A stretch of 63,681 nucleotides of DNA, counting the filler. It is 17 parts of 17 records of this genome, joined end to end, with 100 filler letters (N's around TTAATTAATTAA, not from the genome) between each part and the next. Parts side by side here need not be neighbours in the genome. Positions count along the whole stretch, not along the records: positions 46,692 to 49,807 come from SRR9188676_2247; positions 49,908 to 52,315 come from SRR9188676_2250; positions 52,416 to 56,988 come from SRR9188676_2251; positions 57,089 to 60,332 come from SRR9188676_2257; 13 more parts are not named here. One strand, given 5' to 3'. The notes under the pieces are model-generated. The model did not search any database, had not been told where the DNA came from, and worked only from the letters and a program-made list of their open reading frames with translations. A program made the translations under genes and the position numbers. This document shows, piece by piece, positions 46,592 to 60,100 of the stretch. Position 1 is the first letter of the stretch. Every line of letters begins with the position of its first letter.

Positions 46592-46942
46592 NNNNNNNNN
46601 NNNNNNNNNNNNNNNNNNNNNNNNNNNNNNNNNNNTTAATTAATTAANNNNNNNNNNNNNNNNNNNNNNNNNNNNNNNNNNNNNNNNNNNNATAATTACC
46701 AAAATCATTGCAGAATCTAAAGCCAGGAACGGATAGAATATCCAGAACAGCATCGATGTCACGATCGAGGATAGAGATAGATCGAGTGCCAGATGATGCT
46801 GTTGTTATGGCCATGTTCACTCTTTTCCTTCTGCTGTGATATTCCGATCGGTTACCCCCTATAAATTCAATTTTCTCCTCTTTTCTAACGCCTCTCTCAG
46901 GGGGAAGGGGGGGTAGGGGTTCGACATGACTTTTTTACTTAC

Positions 46943-47727
46943 CCATAGGTGATATCGAGTGTTTCAAAGCTTGGAGCATGTTGCAACACCAAGCCAATAT
47001 CAAGATGAGAGGGGAGCTCACGAGCTTGAAGCGTTTTGGCATATGGTTTCGAAATATCGACAATTCTTCGTAATGATTCCAGCGAGTTCTGACCAGGATC
47101 AAACCTTTCCAATTCTTCACTCAGATGCTTTTCAACGTAGAGTCTTTTCCATGATTCTCCATGCTCAGCAGGCTAAAAAAGAGACAGAATACACTCAGAT
47201 TCATCCGCGTGATCTATATCATCGATTTACCTGGCAGTTCACCCATCGAGCTGCAGCGCAACGTTTCCAATAGGCTTCATCATCAATAAGCGGTGCGGTA
47301 ATGTCAAGGGGAAGATCGGTAGGTAGTAATGCAACCACCTTTTTCACATATTTTTCAGGTACGCTTCCCAGATCGGGTCTCTCTGTAAATTAGTTACATA
47401 GAAGCTCATCAATACGAGTTATATTGGTCTTAGAGGGATCAAGATCAGATAACTCAAGGAACAGAAATGAAAGTCAGCTGGATGATGGATTGACTATGAA
47501 TATGATATCAGGGTCATTCTGAGGCCTCGCAAGCAAGCCATACCTCGAAAATTGGCAGCAATAACTCGAACACACAGCTCAGATAGTGGCTTCACAATTT
47601 CAATCTTTTTGTTCAGTCGGTAATCTCGATTGCCACCTGCAGCCCCATCTTTCGGCAAGGAGTTGAAAGTGGCAAAGTCAGCCGACCCAGCTGTTGTGAC
47701 AGGCCGAGCAGAGTTATAGGCGGACAT
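46943..47727 (-). CDS. TCTE1: Dynein regulatory complex subunit 5, 3' truncated
   Basis: Exons 47544-47727, 47231-47382 and 46943-47172: VKPLSELCVRVIAANF..LPTDLPLDITAPLIDDEAYWKRCAAARWVNC|..HGESWKRLYVEKHL..FDP..LDITYG. Confidence 0.9.
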
Positions 47728-47873
47728 ATCAAAGAGCGAGAATAATCAAGATAATTGACCCAGAAAATCGACTGAAATGCTTTTTTTGGTAACGGATATG
47801 GACAACAACTTTCTCCTGACCCGTCAGGCAGTCACACCAGCACAATTCCACACAAACAACAAAACGCACGAAC

Positions 47874-49041
47874 ATGACTCATTCAAGCGGCATTTCCACG
47901 ACCCAAGAACTTCGTACTGCATTTGCGAATGCGAATAATACGGACTCCAACATCCGCCTCATCAAGGCCCAAATCCGCGAGGAAGAGGTTGTTCCTGTGA
48001 CGCAGCACGATAAGAGCGCCTCCGAAAACGAGGATTTCAATACCTACATCGAAGGCCTGCTTGAGTCCCGAGTGTGCTGCTACATCCTTTTCAAGCTAGA
48101 TCTGGAAGGCTGGTTGCTTGTGTCCTTTGTCCCGGATGGAAGCACTGTGAGGGATCGAATGCTTTATGCAAGCACTCGTGAAACCGTCAAGAAGGAGCTA
48201 GGTCTGGAGCAAAAGACAATTTGAACTCCTTCTAACTTTTATCGCTCTTTCGGCTAATCCCATCGTCTGATAGGTTCGAACAACTTCACAAGGGAATTGT
48301 ATGCCACACAGCCCGACGAGGCAACCTGGGAAACCCTATTGTACCGTACCCAGAACCCTGAAGGTGCTCCCAAGTCCCTCAAGGAGGAAATCCGCGCTGA
48401 AAGCCGTAATTTGGAATCTTTGGCCATTTCGGAACAGGCTGCTGGGTATGTTTCTCATACCCCTCATCATTTGTGTGCTTTCAGCCCTCATCATTTGTTT
48501 TCTTTCACTCTCAGTGGAAGTAGCGGCAAGGCTGTGAAGTTCCCCATGTCTCATGAAGCCCAGGAGGCACTGAAAGGTGTGATCGCGGAAAGGCCCGAGA
48601 ACAACTGGGTTTCCCTTCGAGTGGATGCAGAGAAGGAAACCGTGGAACTGGTGGCTGCTAAGAATGTAAGTGTTTCATTTATCGTGGCTTTATTTATCGT
48701 GATGCGGTCTCTTTTGGGGGGGAGATATCTATACAACATCTTCTGTAGTCTCCAACGTCCTGTGCCTCATTCACAGCAGCGCCTCCGAGATGTGGACATG
48801 CTAAGTGCATCAAAAGTGCATCTATATTCCTTAACCTGACTGTGTCGCTCACCTCGCTCTTTTTTCTTCTCTTTTTTTGATGTTATACATCCAGGCGGAC
48901 TCTGAAGCACTCAGTGCCGAAGTTGACAGCGAGAGCCCCCGGTTCTACTTCTATCAGTTTACACACACTCAAGAAGAGCAAGACGCTGCTGCTCTCGTTT
49001 TTATTTATTCTTGCCCCGAGAATGCAAAGGTCAAGGAAAAG
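47874..49041 (+). CDS. TWF1: Twinfilin (tandem ADF-H domains), 3' truncated
   Basis: MTHSSGI..WLLVSFVPDGSTVRDRMLYASTRETVKKELG. Later exons: VKFPMSHEAQEAL..WVSLRVDAEKETVEL and PRFYFYQF..VFIYSCP..KVKEK. Confidence 0.93.
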
Positions 49042-50074
49042 GTGAGATTTTCTTTCTCCGTTGAACTTTCCTTCGCACACCATTCGACCAGGCCAACAGC
49101 AGATGAGAGGTGGCAGGCTATCAGGCCATAAGAAACAGAAGTCTCGTCCGGTGTGAGTTGAAAACTTTGAACGAAACACGAGTGGGGTGTGGGATATGGA
49201 ACCGTGGTTGCAAGAAATGTTTAGCTCCATCTATCGACTTTTTTCTTGCTTTTTCTCTTGCTATCTTTTCCGCCAAATATCAAGAGGCCATAAGGCCCGA
49301 CTGTTCAGAATAATAATAATAAAAACCTAAATATAATATCAATCGGATCCATAGAAGGGGTGTTGGGATCTTTGCACTCGTTGGAGTCAATAGCACAAAC
49401 TCACATCTCACCCTACACTATGATCCAACCTTGAAGCCATGAGGTTGAGTCTAAGAATGAAACATCTAAGGGTTAAAGGCGCAGCCTGGTAAGAATGTGT
49501 GTCCTGGCATTGTGGAGATATTCTAGATGGATTAAGTCTCTCATCTTCTTTCTCTCGTTCATCAACTGAATGATCCCGAACGCGTCTACTTCCTCTATCT
49601 TTCTCTCCCGATCACGTTCTCTCGCACTTTGCTCTCCCTTAATTGTTGGGAAAGTGTCGTAATCGATTTCTGGTTCTGGCAATCTCTATATCTCTATATC
49701 TCTATCACCTTCAGCTGCGCGAAGGACTCAGTTTAGGAGTGGCCGGGATAATGCGAGTTGTGCAGCGCTATATCTCCTTTTTTTCTTTTTTTTTTCTTCT
49801 TTTTTTTNNNNNNNNNNNNNNNNNNNNNNNNNNNNNNNNNNNNNNNNNNNNTTAATTAATTAANNNNNNNNNNNNNNNNNNNNNNNNNNNNNNNNNNNNN
49901 NNNNNNNCGAAACGGGGCTTTTATTCTCGGGGAAACACGATGGACAACCAGGAGAAAGTTTCTCCTGGGACAACAGGGGATAGTAGGTGGACAAAAATTC
50001 CCTCAAATTTGCAGTGACTTCCTCATGACGGCCCTTAATAATAATTTCTGAAACGAGTGTTTTTAGCTATTACT

Positions 50075-51840
50075 ATGAGAAATTCATCAAAGGTGAGCGA
50101 ATTTGATTCAAATCTTGCATCGATCACCCCCATTAAACATCGGCTTCTATTTTTCCAGCTATACCACCTTTACTTCAAGCATTCTTTGCTCGCGGTTATT
50201 CGAGAAGACCAAAAATGGGAACTCCTTACGTTTACCTATAACGGATCCTGCCTTCTTCCGCAAGATAAAATTGCATTAGACTGCGCATCCCTTTCAGCCA
50301 ATTCCGAACCTCTCGCTATCGAGCAAGTTCTCGATACAGAAGTAGACCTATTTAGACCTTACATACTGTTTGTTTCCGACACTACAATTCATCTCCTCGC
50401 TCTCAACTCTGGCACCTTTCATGTAGACCACACCTTCAACATCACCATTTCCCCCTTGGAAACCCAGTTTTCCCTCGTCAATGGTCCTCGACTTTGCTCC
50501 ATCTTTGATATTGATTCAACCATTCCGAAAAGCTCGATCACTTTTACGACTTTCGAAACACAGGAAAAGCGGGAGGTTTCTCTCACTGGAACGATTGTCA
50601 CAGCAGTTCCCTGTCACACCTTTGATGTTCCCATTTTACTTGCACTGCTTCTTTCCAAGAATGGAACTCTTCATTGGACGTGGGTCACAGATCCTCGTGA
50701 TAGACATGTCACGTCAGGGTTGACAAACCGGCTCCTTCTCCCGCCTTCTCAGTGTGCAGACTGCAGTGTTTGCATTCACTTTCATGGAGCAGGACATGAC
50801 GAAAGTGACTCAACCCCTTCCAATCTATGCATTGGTATTGCAACTAGTAAGGCTCTCTATTTGGTGAAAAACGGTGAAATCCTATTCCATCTATCCTATC
50901 CGGACGCAAGGCCCACCTCTTTTACCATGTTCGAGAATGCAGAACAAATTATCTATCTCGCCCTAACTCAGAATATATATCAAGATCCGAAAAAACATCG
51001 TACCATTCTTGCAATATCCTCTCAGAAGGAAAATCGCATCATTCAGGAGCACCCAGCTGGAATTCTCCAAAAGGGTGATTTTCTGCACCTAGGCTGTGAC
51101 CAGGTCATGATTTTACCTGACTTTTTCACAGACACTGAGGCTGACCAGAATATGGACAAGTGCATGCAACAGCACTCTGAGATCTTATTCTCATCCAGGA
51201 CCAAATGCCATGTTATTGTCACGAACGGAGAGTTTGTGATGAGCTCTGCGAAAGAGCGCGACGCAGACATGGCAGATGACAAACTACGGCTTGTGTTGCC
51301 GGCGCTAGCGCGGCGCATGCAGGACGGTAGTACAAAACTCTCGCACACCAAGTTGATCCTTGTTGATAAATACCTTGTCTACCAGGACGCACTGGAGCAC
51401 TGCCGACAGCTAGCCGAAACCACGCTGGTTCCATCTCCAATCGACACTCCAACCGACATTCCTTTGAACCTAGATGCCCCGACAGCAGTCACAAACCGAC
51501 CATCATCATCATCATCAACAACAACAACAGCGTCAACGCATACTGTGAGCAACACTCGAACAAAGAGCATCGATAGTACCCATCAGAGCCATCCTGCATC
51601 ATCATCATGTCGCACGTCAGGCTGCACTTGTCCATGTGAGCACCTAGTACCATTACTTCCCGAGTCTGCGCAGCTGCCGGCATCAGTCTCTGCGCGCATG
51701 CACCCAAATGCACTCCCCCATACCCCCCCTATGTCCCGCAAGAACCTCACCATTCCAAGCCTGGGGTCCCTGCATTATGTTTGCCCCGCGGACGGTATCT
51801 GTTTGATCTCAGCCACTGTAAAAATAACCAAGTATTTCGG
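50075..51840 (+). CDS. FANCB-like protein (Fanconi anaemia core complex), 3' truncated
   Basis: Probable 66-nt intron at 50093-50158. LVNGPRL, GDFLHLGCDQVMIL and LRLVLPALARRMQDG..L..K match the order of FANCB's VLNGP, DDFIGSGTEQVLLL and following coiled coil. Confidence 0.6.
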
Positions 51841-52552
51841 TAAGTCGGCTGCCTTCTTTCTGCTTACCTTGTACCCTGAATGAAGCAGAATAACAGTTTT
51901 TGAATTCATTTGTACTCAGCGTAGATATGTCATTTCTGATGTTGTACCTATTTGGGGGTTCTAGTAACATCGAACAAGCGTGTTTCACATGAACACCGCA
52001 AAATAACGAATTGTCAAATGCCGTTATAGCTCCATAACAGATTTAATCGATTTTTCCCAAGTACTTTCAGGCTATGTGCTTGATATTTTCTGAGTCTCCT
52101 CCTAAATTTTGCGAGGTATCTCTTCAAATTTGAACGGGCATGGGATCCGAGGCGAAATTGCGTCTCAGATCGATGGATATAGCGGTTAGAGTCAAATACA
52201 GCAATCCGTATTGAGTCCAGCAGTCCTGGGATCAGGATATTCTCTCACAACATGTTTATTATGATATTTTTTCGCAAGATCACGTATTCTAGAACAAATA
52301 GTCCATTTCAATATTNNNNNNNNNNNNNNNNNNNNNNNNNNNNNNNNNNNNNNNNNNNNTTAATTAATTAANNNNNNNNNNNNNNNNNNNNNNNNNNNNN
52401 NNNNNNNNNNNNNNNCAATGAGTAGGCATTTACTCATGTCGGAAACAAATAAAGATGACGGAATAAAAATCAAAACGCTAACAAATACAGAAAAAAAAAA
52501 AGTTGAAGGCCTCATTATACGTGTGACGGAATGCGATGGTGCGGGGGCATAC

Positions 52553-55419
52553 CTCCATTTTCTGGGCGGGGAGCGAGCGCGTCTTGGGGAGGGTCGGCGC
52601 GCAGGGGATCGTCGGCGGAACGGGATCACAAGAGTTACCTTGATATCGCTGCCGTCAATTTGACCCTACAGAATGCACGAGAGGGAAGTCTTTTTTAAAG
52701 AGTGGTATTGGGTATTGGGTATAAAAGGCACCCGGGGGTGAATGAGTTTGACGCACACTCTCACTTTATGATGAACAGAGCATGCGGATGAAGAAGCACA
52801 AGGGGGAAGGTAAATCATTGGGAAATCATTTCATTCGAGAGAAAGTTTAGCAAGAGAGGTTGTCCCATAATTACTTCACCGCTGTGTTTCTCATCTCAGT
52901 TCATACACAACAGCAAGCTAGTCCTCACCCAGCAGATTCATACACATACACACATATACAGAAATAAATATACATGCAGCAAGGAAAGTGACAGAACCTG
53001 TTTGCCTATCATTGAACACACTATGCACCTCAACCGTACAATATCTCAAAGACACCCGAACCGAGCTAATAATTCCAATGCACATGCAGCACAGCACAGC
53101 ACAACATAGCACATACTCCGTCCATGTACTTGTATGCTTGCTTGGCGCCCTCGGCATCCTCGAAGTCGACGTAAGCATCGCCTCTGGGCAGGTGCACGCG
53201 CTTGCTGATCATCACCTCACATGCCTTGACCTTGCCGTAGTGCGCGAAGATGTCCTTGAGGTGCTCCACGGTGACGTTGCGCGTGAGGCCCGAGATGTGC
53301 ACCTTAGTGGGCTCGGGCGTCTTGCTGCGTGCGCGCGGAGCTGCCGCGGGGGATTTCGACTTGGATCGTGAGCGACGGGCAGGGGACCGACGGCTCGGGG
53401 ATCGACGGCTGGGGGACCCTGTGCGCTTCGGGGAGGGCGATGCGCTGTATTGGAGAGCGAAAAGGAGAATTGTGAGAGAGAGATAGAGATAGAGAGAGAA
53501 GATAGAAAAATAAAATAAAGAAATAAAGAAAAGCTATCAAGTTATCGTCGAGAAAAAGGTCGGAGAGTGATCAGCAACTAATCTTCAGATCCATTCATAT
53601 CTGGTTCTAACGCAGTGTCTGACCGCACTTTGGGGCACTTGGCTGTGCCGCCAATTGGTTCTACTATGGGAAGACCTCTTTTCCTCGCTTTTGAAATTGG
53701 TCTCGGCTTGCAAATATCACCAAATATAGTGAATTGGTTCTAGTGAGATCGAAGTAAAACTTGCTCAATTATTTCATGCATGATCACTTGATCAACTATT
53801 TCAAAAATTAAGGGCGAGCATAGAGGTGAGATTGGGCTGACAAGGAGATGAAAAAAGGAAATCGGTGCTTAAATAGCCAAACGATGAGCAAAATGGGAAG
53901 AGCGAAAGGTGAGTTTGTGCAATAGGTCAGACGTGATAAAAATACCACGATAGAAATCAAAAATGAAGCGTGAAAAAATTACAAAGAGGAAAAAAAGATT
54001 GATTGAAGAGCCCTTCAGAAACTCCAGATAAAAAGGTAGGCCAGCTCAAGGAGGACAGAGGAAAGGGGCGTGGGTGGGGGAGGGGGCTTAAATTTTCATA
54101 TTGTGACATTTCCCTACTATTAATAATCTCTTTGGGGATCAAGAAGTGAGCTAGGAATATCCATGCGTTCGAGATCGTATTTATAAAATTCACGCGACCC
54201 CAAGAAGCCATGCAGTTTCGACAACGCTTGAAATGAGTGTGAACAACTGTCCGCACCATCGAACTTTGTAAAGATGGATCGACTAGAGTTGATGTACCGA
54301 ATTCAAATACATTCAGCACAGCAACCGTTTCATCTCGAAACATCATCGTAGAAGAAAAAGAAGGAGAAGAGATAAAAAAGAAGAGGGAAATTCAATGGAG
54401 ATTGATTGAGATCGAAAAAATCTTGGAATAAAGCAGAAGTGAAAGTTCCGGGGTAGGTAGTCAATAAGGTCAAAAACTATCTAAGTCGTTGGATATGGGG
54501 TGGATAGCACGCAGAGTAATCAATGCCGGCTTCCAATCTCGGTCGGCATCCCTACTTCATACCACCAAGAAGCAAAGTCGAGGAGCATCCAGAAGAAAAA
54601 AAAAGAGGGGGAAATAAGATTTCAAACCTTTTCCTCTTCTGATCTGGCTTCTTTGCGTCTTTTGTGGCCACAGTGGGCTTCTTAGCAGGGCTGCGCCTAG
54701 AATAAAATAATAATGAAAGAAATTAGTCCATGAAATTTCAGTTTTCATTGTTATAGAAGAGATACCTCGAGGAAGCAGACGAAGATGACGAACTCCTTGA
54801 TCTGAAACTCAAGAGTTAATAACTAGAGAGGAAAGAGGAAGGTGATGAATCGGATACCTAGAGCGACGCTTCACATCCTTCCGATCTTTCGCGGGACTCT
54901 TCTTAGTGCTTGGACTTCTAAGAATATGAAGAGGAAGATTCAATGACTGCGAACATAACGAAGATCATTTAACAAACCTTGATCGAGATGAGCTGGACGA
55001 CAAAAGGTTCAGGAAGTGCTATCAGTCAAAGAGTAAAGGAAAGAAATAAAATTAATACTACCTTGATGATCGCGAAGATCGAGATGAGGATCCCGAAGAA
55101 GAGACGGGGGACCGACTACGCCTGCATTGCGAAAAAGATAGAGATAATCATGATGAATTCATCAGATACGAATCAAGATGATAATTATATGTATAAGAAG
55201 TGAAAATCGAAAGAATGCCAGTTCGAAACACGAGACTTGAGTAGCGCGCGGGTCGAAAATGCATCGTGATTCCGAAAATATGTATATCATTAAAATGAAG
55301 CCAATTTCGGTCGGTTTAAACAAGAAAATATATATATGTATAGATATACATGAAATTTAGTAAATATTAAGTGGAAATGTGAAGAATATAAGGAGAAATT
55401 GAAGCACTTACGGTGCCAT
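52553..55419 (-). CDS. RNPS1: RNPS1/SR45-like RS-RRM splicing factor, 3' truncated
   Basis: Exons 55412-55419, 55062-55121, 54978-54992, 54858-54917, 54766-54801, 54628-54696, 53117-53444 and 52553-~52665. RRM: TKVHISGLTRNVTVEHLKDIF..LPRGDAYVDF..MDG|GQIDG. Confidence 0.9.
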
Positions 55420-55654
55420 CTCGATCTTGATTGAGGAGATCTATGATTTACCCCCCTTTGAGGACCAAATCTATGACTGGTGTGATAACGGAACCACTAG
55501 CTATACGCCTCGCAATTCTCAATTCATCATTTCTCTTCCTCCCGATGAATACGGGGCGATTACCTCGTCAAAAATATCTCATCTGGGTCCGTAGCTTTGC
55601 TTCATCAAAAGGCCAAGGTTTGTCCTTTCGGTTTCTTGTGAATCTCAAGAGATA

Positions 55655-56197
55655 TCAAGTCTGTCTCTGTAGATTCAGCGAGAGGAAGTCGAACACCCTG
55701 GAAAGGTAGACCCCCGTTCTGGTTTCAATACATTCATCGATACTGTACTCACTATACTTTTGTAGCGTATCAGCCGCCATCCAAGCCGAAGACTCAGCCA
55801 TCCCGCAATCGGGATAAAGAACCCACTGAACTTCTTTATGGTCTATATCCTGTCGCAGCCGCTCTCAGATCAAGAAGGCGACGATTTTATACACTCCATG
55901 CACTATATAATCTCGAAACAGATCGAAAGGATGAGTAAGTGCAACTCTAACCTCACCATCACAGTAACTCATGATCACTCCGATGATGTGGTAGAGAGAT
56001 TGCCAGAGAAGTGATACGGCTCTGCTCAAACTTAGATATTCGTGTGCGCAGAACTGATCGCGCAGATTTGGATCGCATGATCTCTTCCAATCCCCATCAA
56101 GTTCGTCCCCCTGTTCCTTTTTTTCTTCTTTTTTAGTTTCAATTCGCTGGCTGATCTGTGAGTTCTCAGGGTTTTGTCCTTGAAGCATCCTCCCTTC
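55655..56197 (-). CDS. Hypothetical protein, weakly chromodomain-like C-terminus
   Basis: Exons ~55952-56197 and 55655-55849 splice in frame: YHIIGVI..KEVQWVLYPD..ESSAWM..TL. Confidence 0.35.
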
Positions 56198-56917
56198 CTG
56201 TCCATGAGATAGATGCGTTACCTCCAGTGGATGAAGAAAGAAAGTACGATTTTCTCCATCTTGAAATCAGTTTTAGGTTTCAGATATGAATCACCCTCGA
56301 AAAGTGTTTCCCATAAGCTTTCGTGTCTCAGAGAGTGATGGGGTGCCCCGTGTCCGGCGTTACAGAGGGGTGGTTACAGAATTTATGGCAGCCCTCAAAT
56401 AGATCATATTCCGCTCTGATAGTTCGTTCTGGCACCATTTCGAACGGCATTTTTCACAGTGTCTATCCTTGCGGATAATTACTTTCATTAATCCCATGTT
56501 GATCGCTGTAACGGATGTGTATACGATTCCCGCATTCTCAAGAGGTTATACCTAGAGCGGACACCCTAAGCAATTGCGATGGACAGATGCTGTTAGGAGT
56601 GATGTAAAACAGCGTGATCATTTCGCTGATTGGTTCAAACTAGCGAGTCATCACAATACGACGCTTACTAAACCTAGATAATCATTGACCTTGCGAGTGA
56701 AACAATAAATGATGATTATGTCTCAATCTGTGAAATGGGCCGAAATGCACTCTCATGCCTGGTCTCGTTTTTGTTTGTTTTTTGTTTGTTTTCAGGATAT
56801 TTCCCTGCTATGTGGCACTAGATAACATCATGGACCCGTTTAATTTCGGCTCCATCATCCGGTCATCATATTTCTTCGGCTTACACGGCGTCGGTACGTC
56901 ACATACACTGCCATATC

Positions 56918-56988
56918 GATAAAAATAAGCATCTTCAAATATTCATGGTCATTCACACCCTACCATTTCCATTCACACAAAACCACCC
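56918..56988 (+). repeat. Copy 2 of the dispersed repeat, at a contig end
   Basis: ..CTACCATTTCCATTCACACAAAACCACCC. Confidence 0.8.
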
Positions 56989-57115
56989 NNNNNNNNNNNN
57001 NNNNNNNNNNNNNNNNNNNNNNNNNNNNNNNNTTAATTAATTAANNNNNNNNNNNNNNNNNNNNNNNNNNNNNNNNNNNNNNNNNNNNTAGATCCATACT
57101 CATCGGTAATACACT

Positions 57116-60100
57116 ACAATATGAATCTCTCCCATGGGATATCGAACTTCGGAGCGGATTGCGGAGTAAGAATGAGAACTTCATTTCCAGGGTTGGAGAC
57201 AAGAAAATGAACCTTCACGGGCTGAAGTCGTCCCTCTGACAAACTTGACTTGTGTAGACTCACGAAAGTAGGGCGGGGAAGTTCAATAATTCTACAATCA
57301 GGAAGAAGACATCGACTGACCAGGGTGATTGTTCGCTGTTCGCCAGGTGTTTTGACAACCAAGTTCCCTTCCGCAGTATCGCCCCTTCGAAGATCCCTGG
57401 GACCAACAAGTCCAATTCTGGATGTTTCTCCTGGAAGTACGATTCCGTTTGAGGATGTGCACTCAAATCGACGATTCTTCGGTTCAAGTTCATACGAAAT
57501 CGAAACTTGGCCGTTATTCTTGATGAACATATCAAGACTGGCCCATTCGTGCGGCTGGACAGTTGGAAGGTCCAGTCTGCCATCGATCTTGATTTTTCTG
57601 TTTCGAGCGTCAACATAGAAGAGTTCAAACTCTGGCTGTTGAAGTTCGCACTCAACCTGAATCCACTTAAAGTGTTTGGCGGAGTTCGCAGCAATGCATA
57701 TACTGGCTTGAAATTTCCCAACACCCCGCTGGATCTTCGGTTTGATGCTGACCTCGATCTCCTTCCTCTCCCGACCATTCAAGAAGAATCCTCCTTCAGG
57801 TTGCAGTGATATTTCACAAAATTTATTCGGCTGATCAACCTGAGTCTTAAATAACATCGGGAGGGAGCTGAGGTTCATGACATGCAAATTATGTCGGATC
57901 GGGTTAGAGTTCCAACAAGAGACTGAGCCAAAGTTGATGACATTTTCGGAAATATGGAACTCGGTACTCTCGATTGAGACATTCATTGTCACGGAAAGCT
58001 CTGTTGGTTGTGAGTTTTCCTGTGACAGAAGAATATTCAGCCTGGTGGTATGAAATCCATCCACTCTGCAGTAGGGTATAACCAACTCAAGGAGGAGCGA
58101 TTCGTGGGCCTTGAGATGGATTGTCTTACCGGAAAGTGGACAAGAGAAAATCTCGGAAGCACATTCACCAACATCTAATTGTACTACATGAGAGCTTGTG
58201 TTGTCGATTTGAATGCTATATCGCACATCCTCCTCTCCGTGGAAATGGGGCCCGAAATCAGCAATGATATCAAAAGCGGAAGCCGTGAATTGGCTTGCAG
58301 TCTCATCAAAAGATAGAATGACGCTTTGTTGTTGAACCGTGAGGACATTCTGGAAGAGATGGCAGAAATCGACACTTGGGAGTTGTGGGACGATAGTTAG
58401 CATCCGCTGATATCGATCCTGGAGTTGTTTCCTTCCCCGCTCAAAATTTCTGATTGAGTCGATCGTCTTCTCTAAGTCTGGGAATGTAAAGTTGCGGACA
58501 TTTCTGGAGAATAATTTCCTCACACTGTCTGTCAGTTCTTTCGGAGAGTTCGCCCGAATGCATGCCAGAAGCTCAGCAACAGGATACCAAGAAGCGGTAT
58601 TTCGAGAAATATCGCACTTCCATTCGATGCAGACTCTTTGGACCTTTTCGAGAATCTCGTTCATCTCTTGGCTTTGGTTCTGAGAGAAAGAGAGCCCATC
58701 AAAGGGAGGTGTTTCCGGACCAGATACATACAAATCAAGCACTCTCTCAATATTTTCCAGCGTTCGCGTTCTCATCACCTTTTCAGCGGCTTCGCGGAGC
58801 TCACAATAGTGCAATGAGGTTTGTCGAATCCCGGATAACGAATTCTCGATGTACTGACGCTGGGTGCTTTTTCTAAAGCGTTCCAATTCATTTGCCGCGA
58901 ATTCCTCGGAATCGTCTTTCAGTTCCGCGGGACATTGTGGAAGATCCAGCGGCTCTTGGAAAGAAGGTACAGCTCTCAATGATAGCGCGGAAGCGCGTGT
59001 TCTTTCTAGCATTTGTTTCACTTCCGCTATGACCTCTGGGATCGGCTTCAAGTCAAGTTTCAGTTCTTCATTCTTCGGGACATATTCCTCCTTACGACGC
59101 ACAAAAAATTGAAGGCCATTTCGTTTCAAATTCGTTCGGACGGCCCTTAAATCTTGCAGAGAGATATCCACGCTACTGCCTTTCCAGAGATAGAACGCAG
59201 CGGGAAGCGTCAACCGCAAATACGCAGCGTTAAGGGGAAGAAAGTCAAGAACGAAGTCCTCCGTTGGGTTTAGCGGTTCAATGTGATTCTTCTCCTCGTC
59301 AAGCAGCTCGCCAGTAAGCGTTCGAAACAATAGGTCAATTGAGTTATTCTTCACAGATAGAATCGTCAGCTCTTTCTTCTCAAACCCGCTGAGATTCGGT
59401 GGCGGGAGTCCGTGTCTATCCAGACAGGCCTTGAAGAAATCATGATTGTCTTTTCCAAAGGATGTTAATACTTTGTACTCGCGTTTCTCGAGGCGGTTGA
59501 GATAGTGGAGGTGAACGAGCAGAGCATCAAGTTGATCAGCAACGGTTGTTTTACTCGCTTCGTATTGTCTCATTTGCACTTCATGTACGTTCCTTTCGCG
59601 AGCAATCTTGTCCTCAAATTCTTTCCAGTGCCGTTCAATATCGATTTTCATATATTCGAAGCTTTCTTTTCGTTGTTGTTGTTGCATATCAACCATTCGT
59701 TGCATGGTGGCATCCCACGAGTCGAGCAATATCTGCATTGTAGTAATTCTTTGTGAGAGATATTCATCAGGCCTTGGGATACTGACTTCAAATTGTTTCC
59801 AGAGTGTTTCATTCAATGTTGTCTGCAACGTCGCCCCGAAACTCACAAGACTGTTGAGTACCTCGATCACATTGCCTGAGTTCTGTTCAAGCTGGGTATC
59901 CATCTCACACAGAGTTGTCCTCCCAATGAAATCAAGGATTTGAGCGAGACGGCTGATATGTCCTTGAATAAGGGTTGGCAGATCTTGAACCTCTGTGTCA
60001 ACTCCAGCAAAGCGAGCGATGATTTGACCGACATAAAGATGGCCTTCAACGAGAAAGGAAACTATGATTCGAGAGTTCTTGAGGAGATTGCGGATTTGGG

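Noticed and set aside
46900-46930. GGTTCGA B-box/tRNA
   Set aside because: No cloverleaf or A-box. No tRNA or rRNA gene was recognised in the window.
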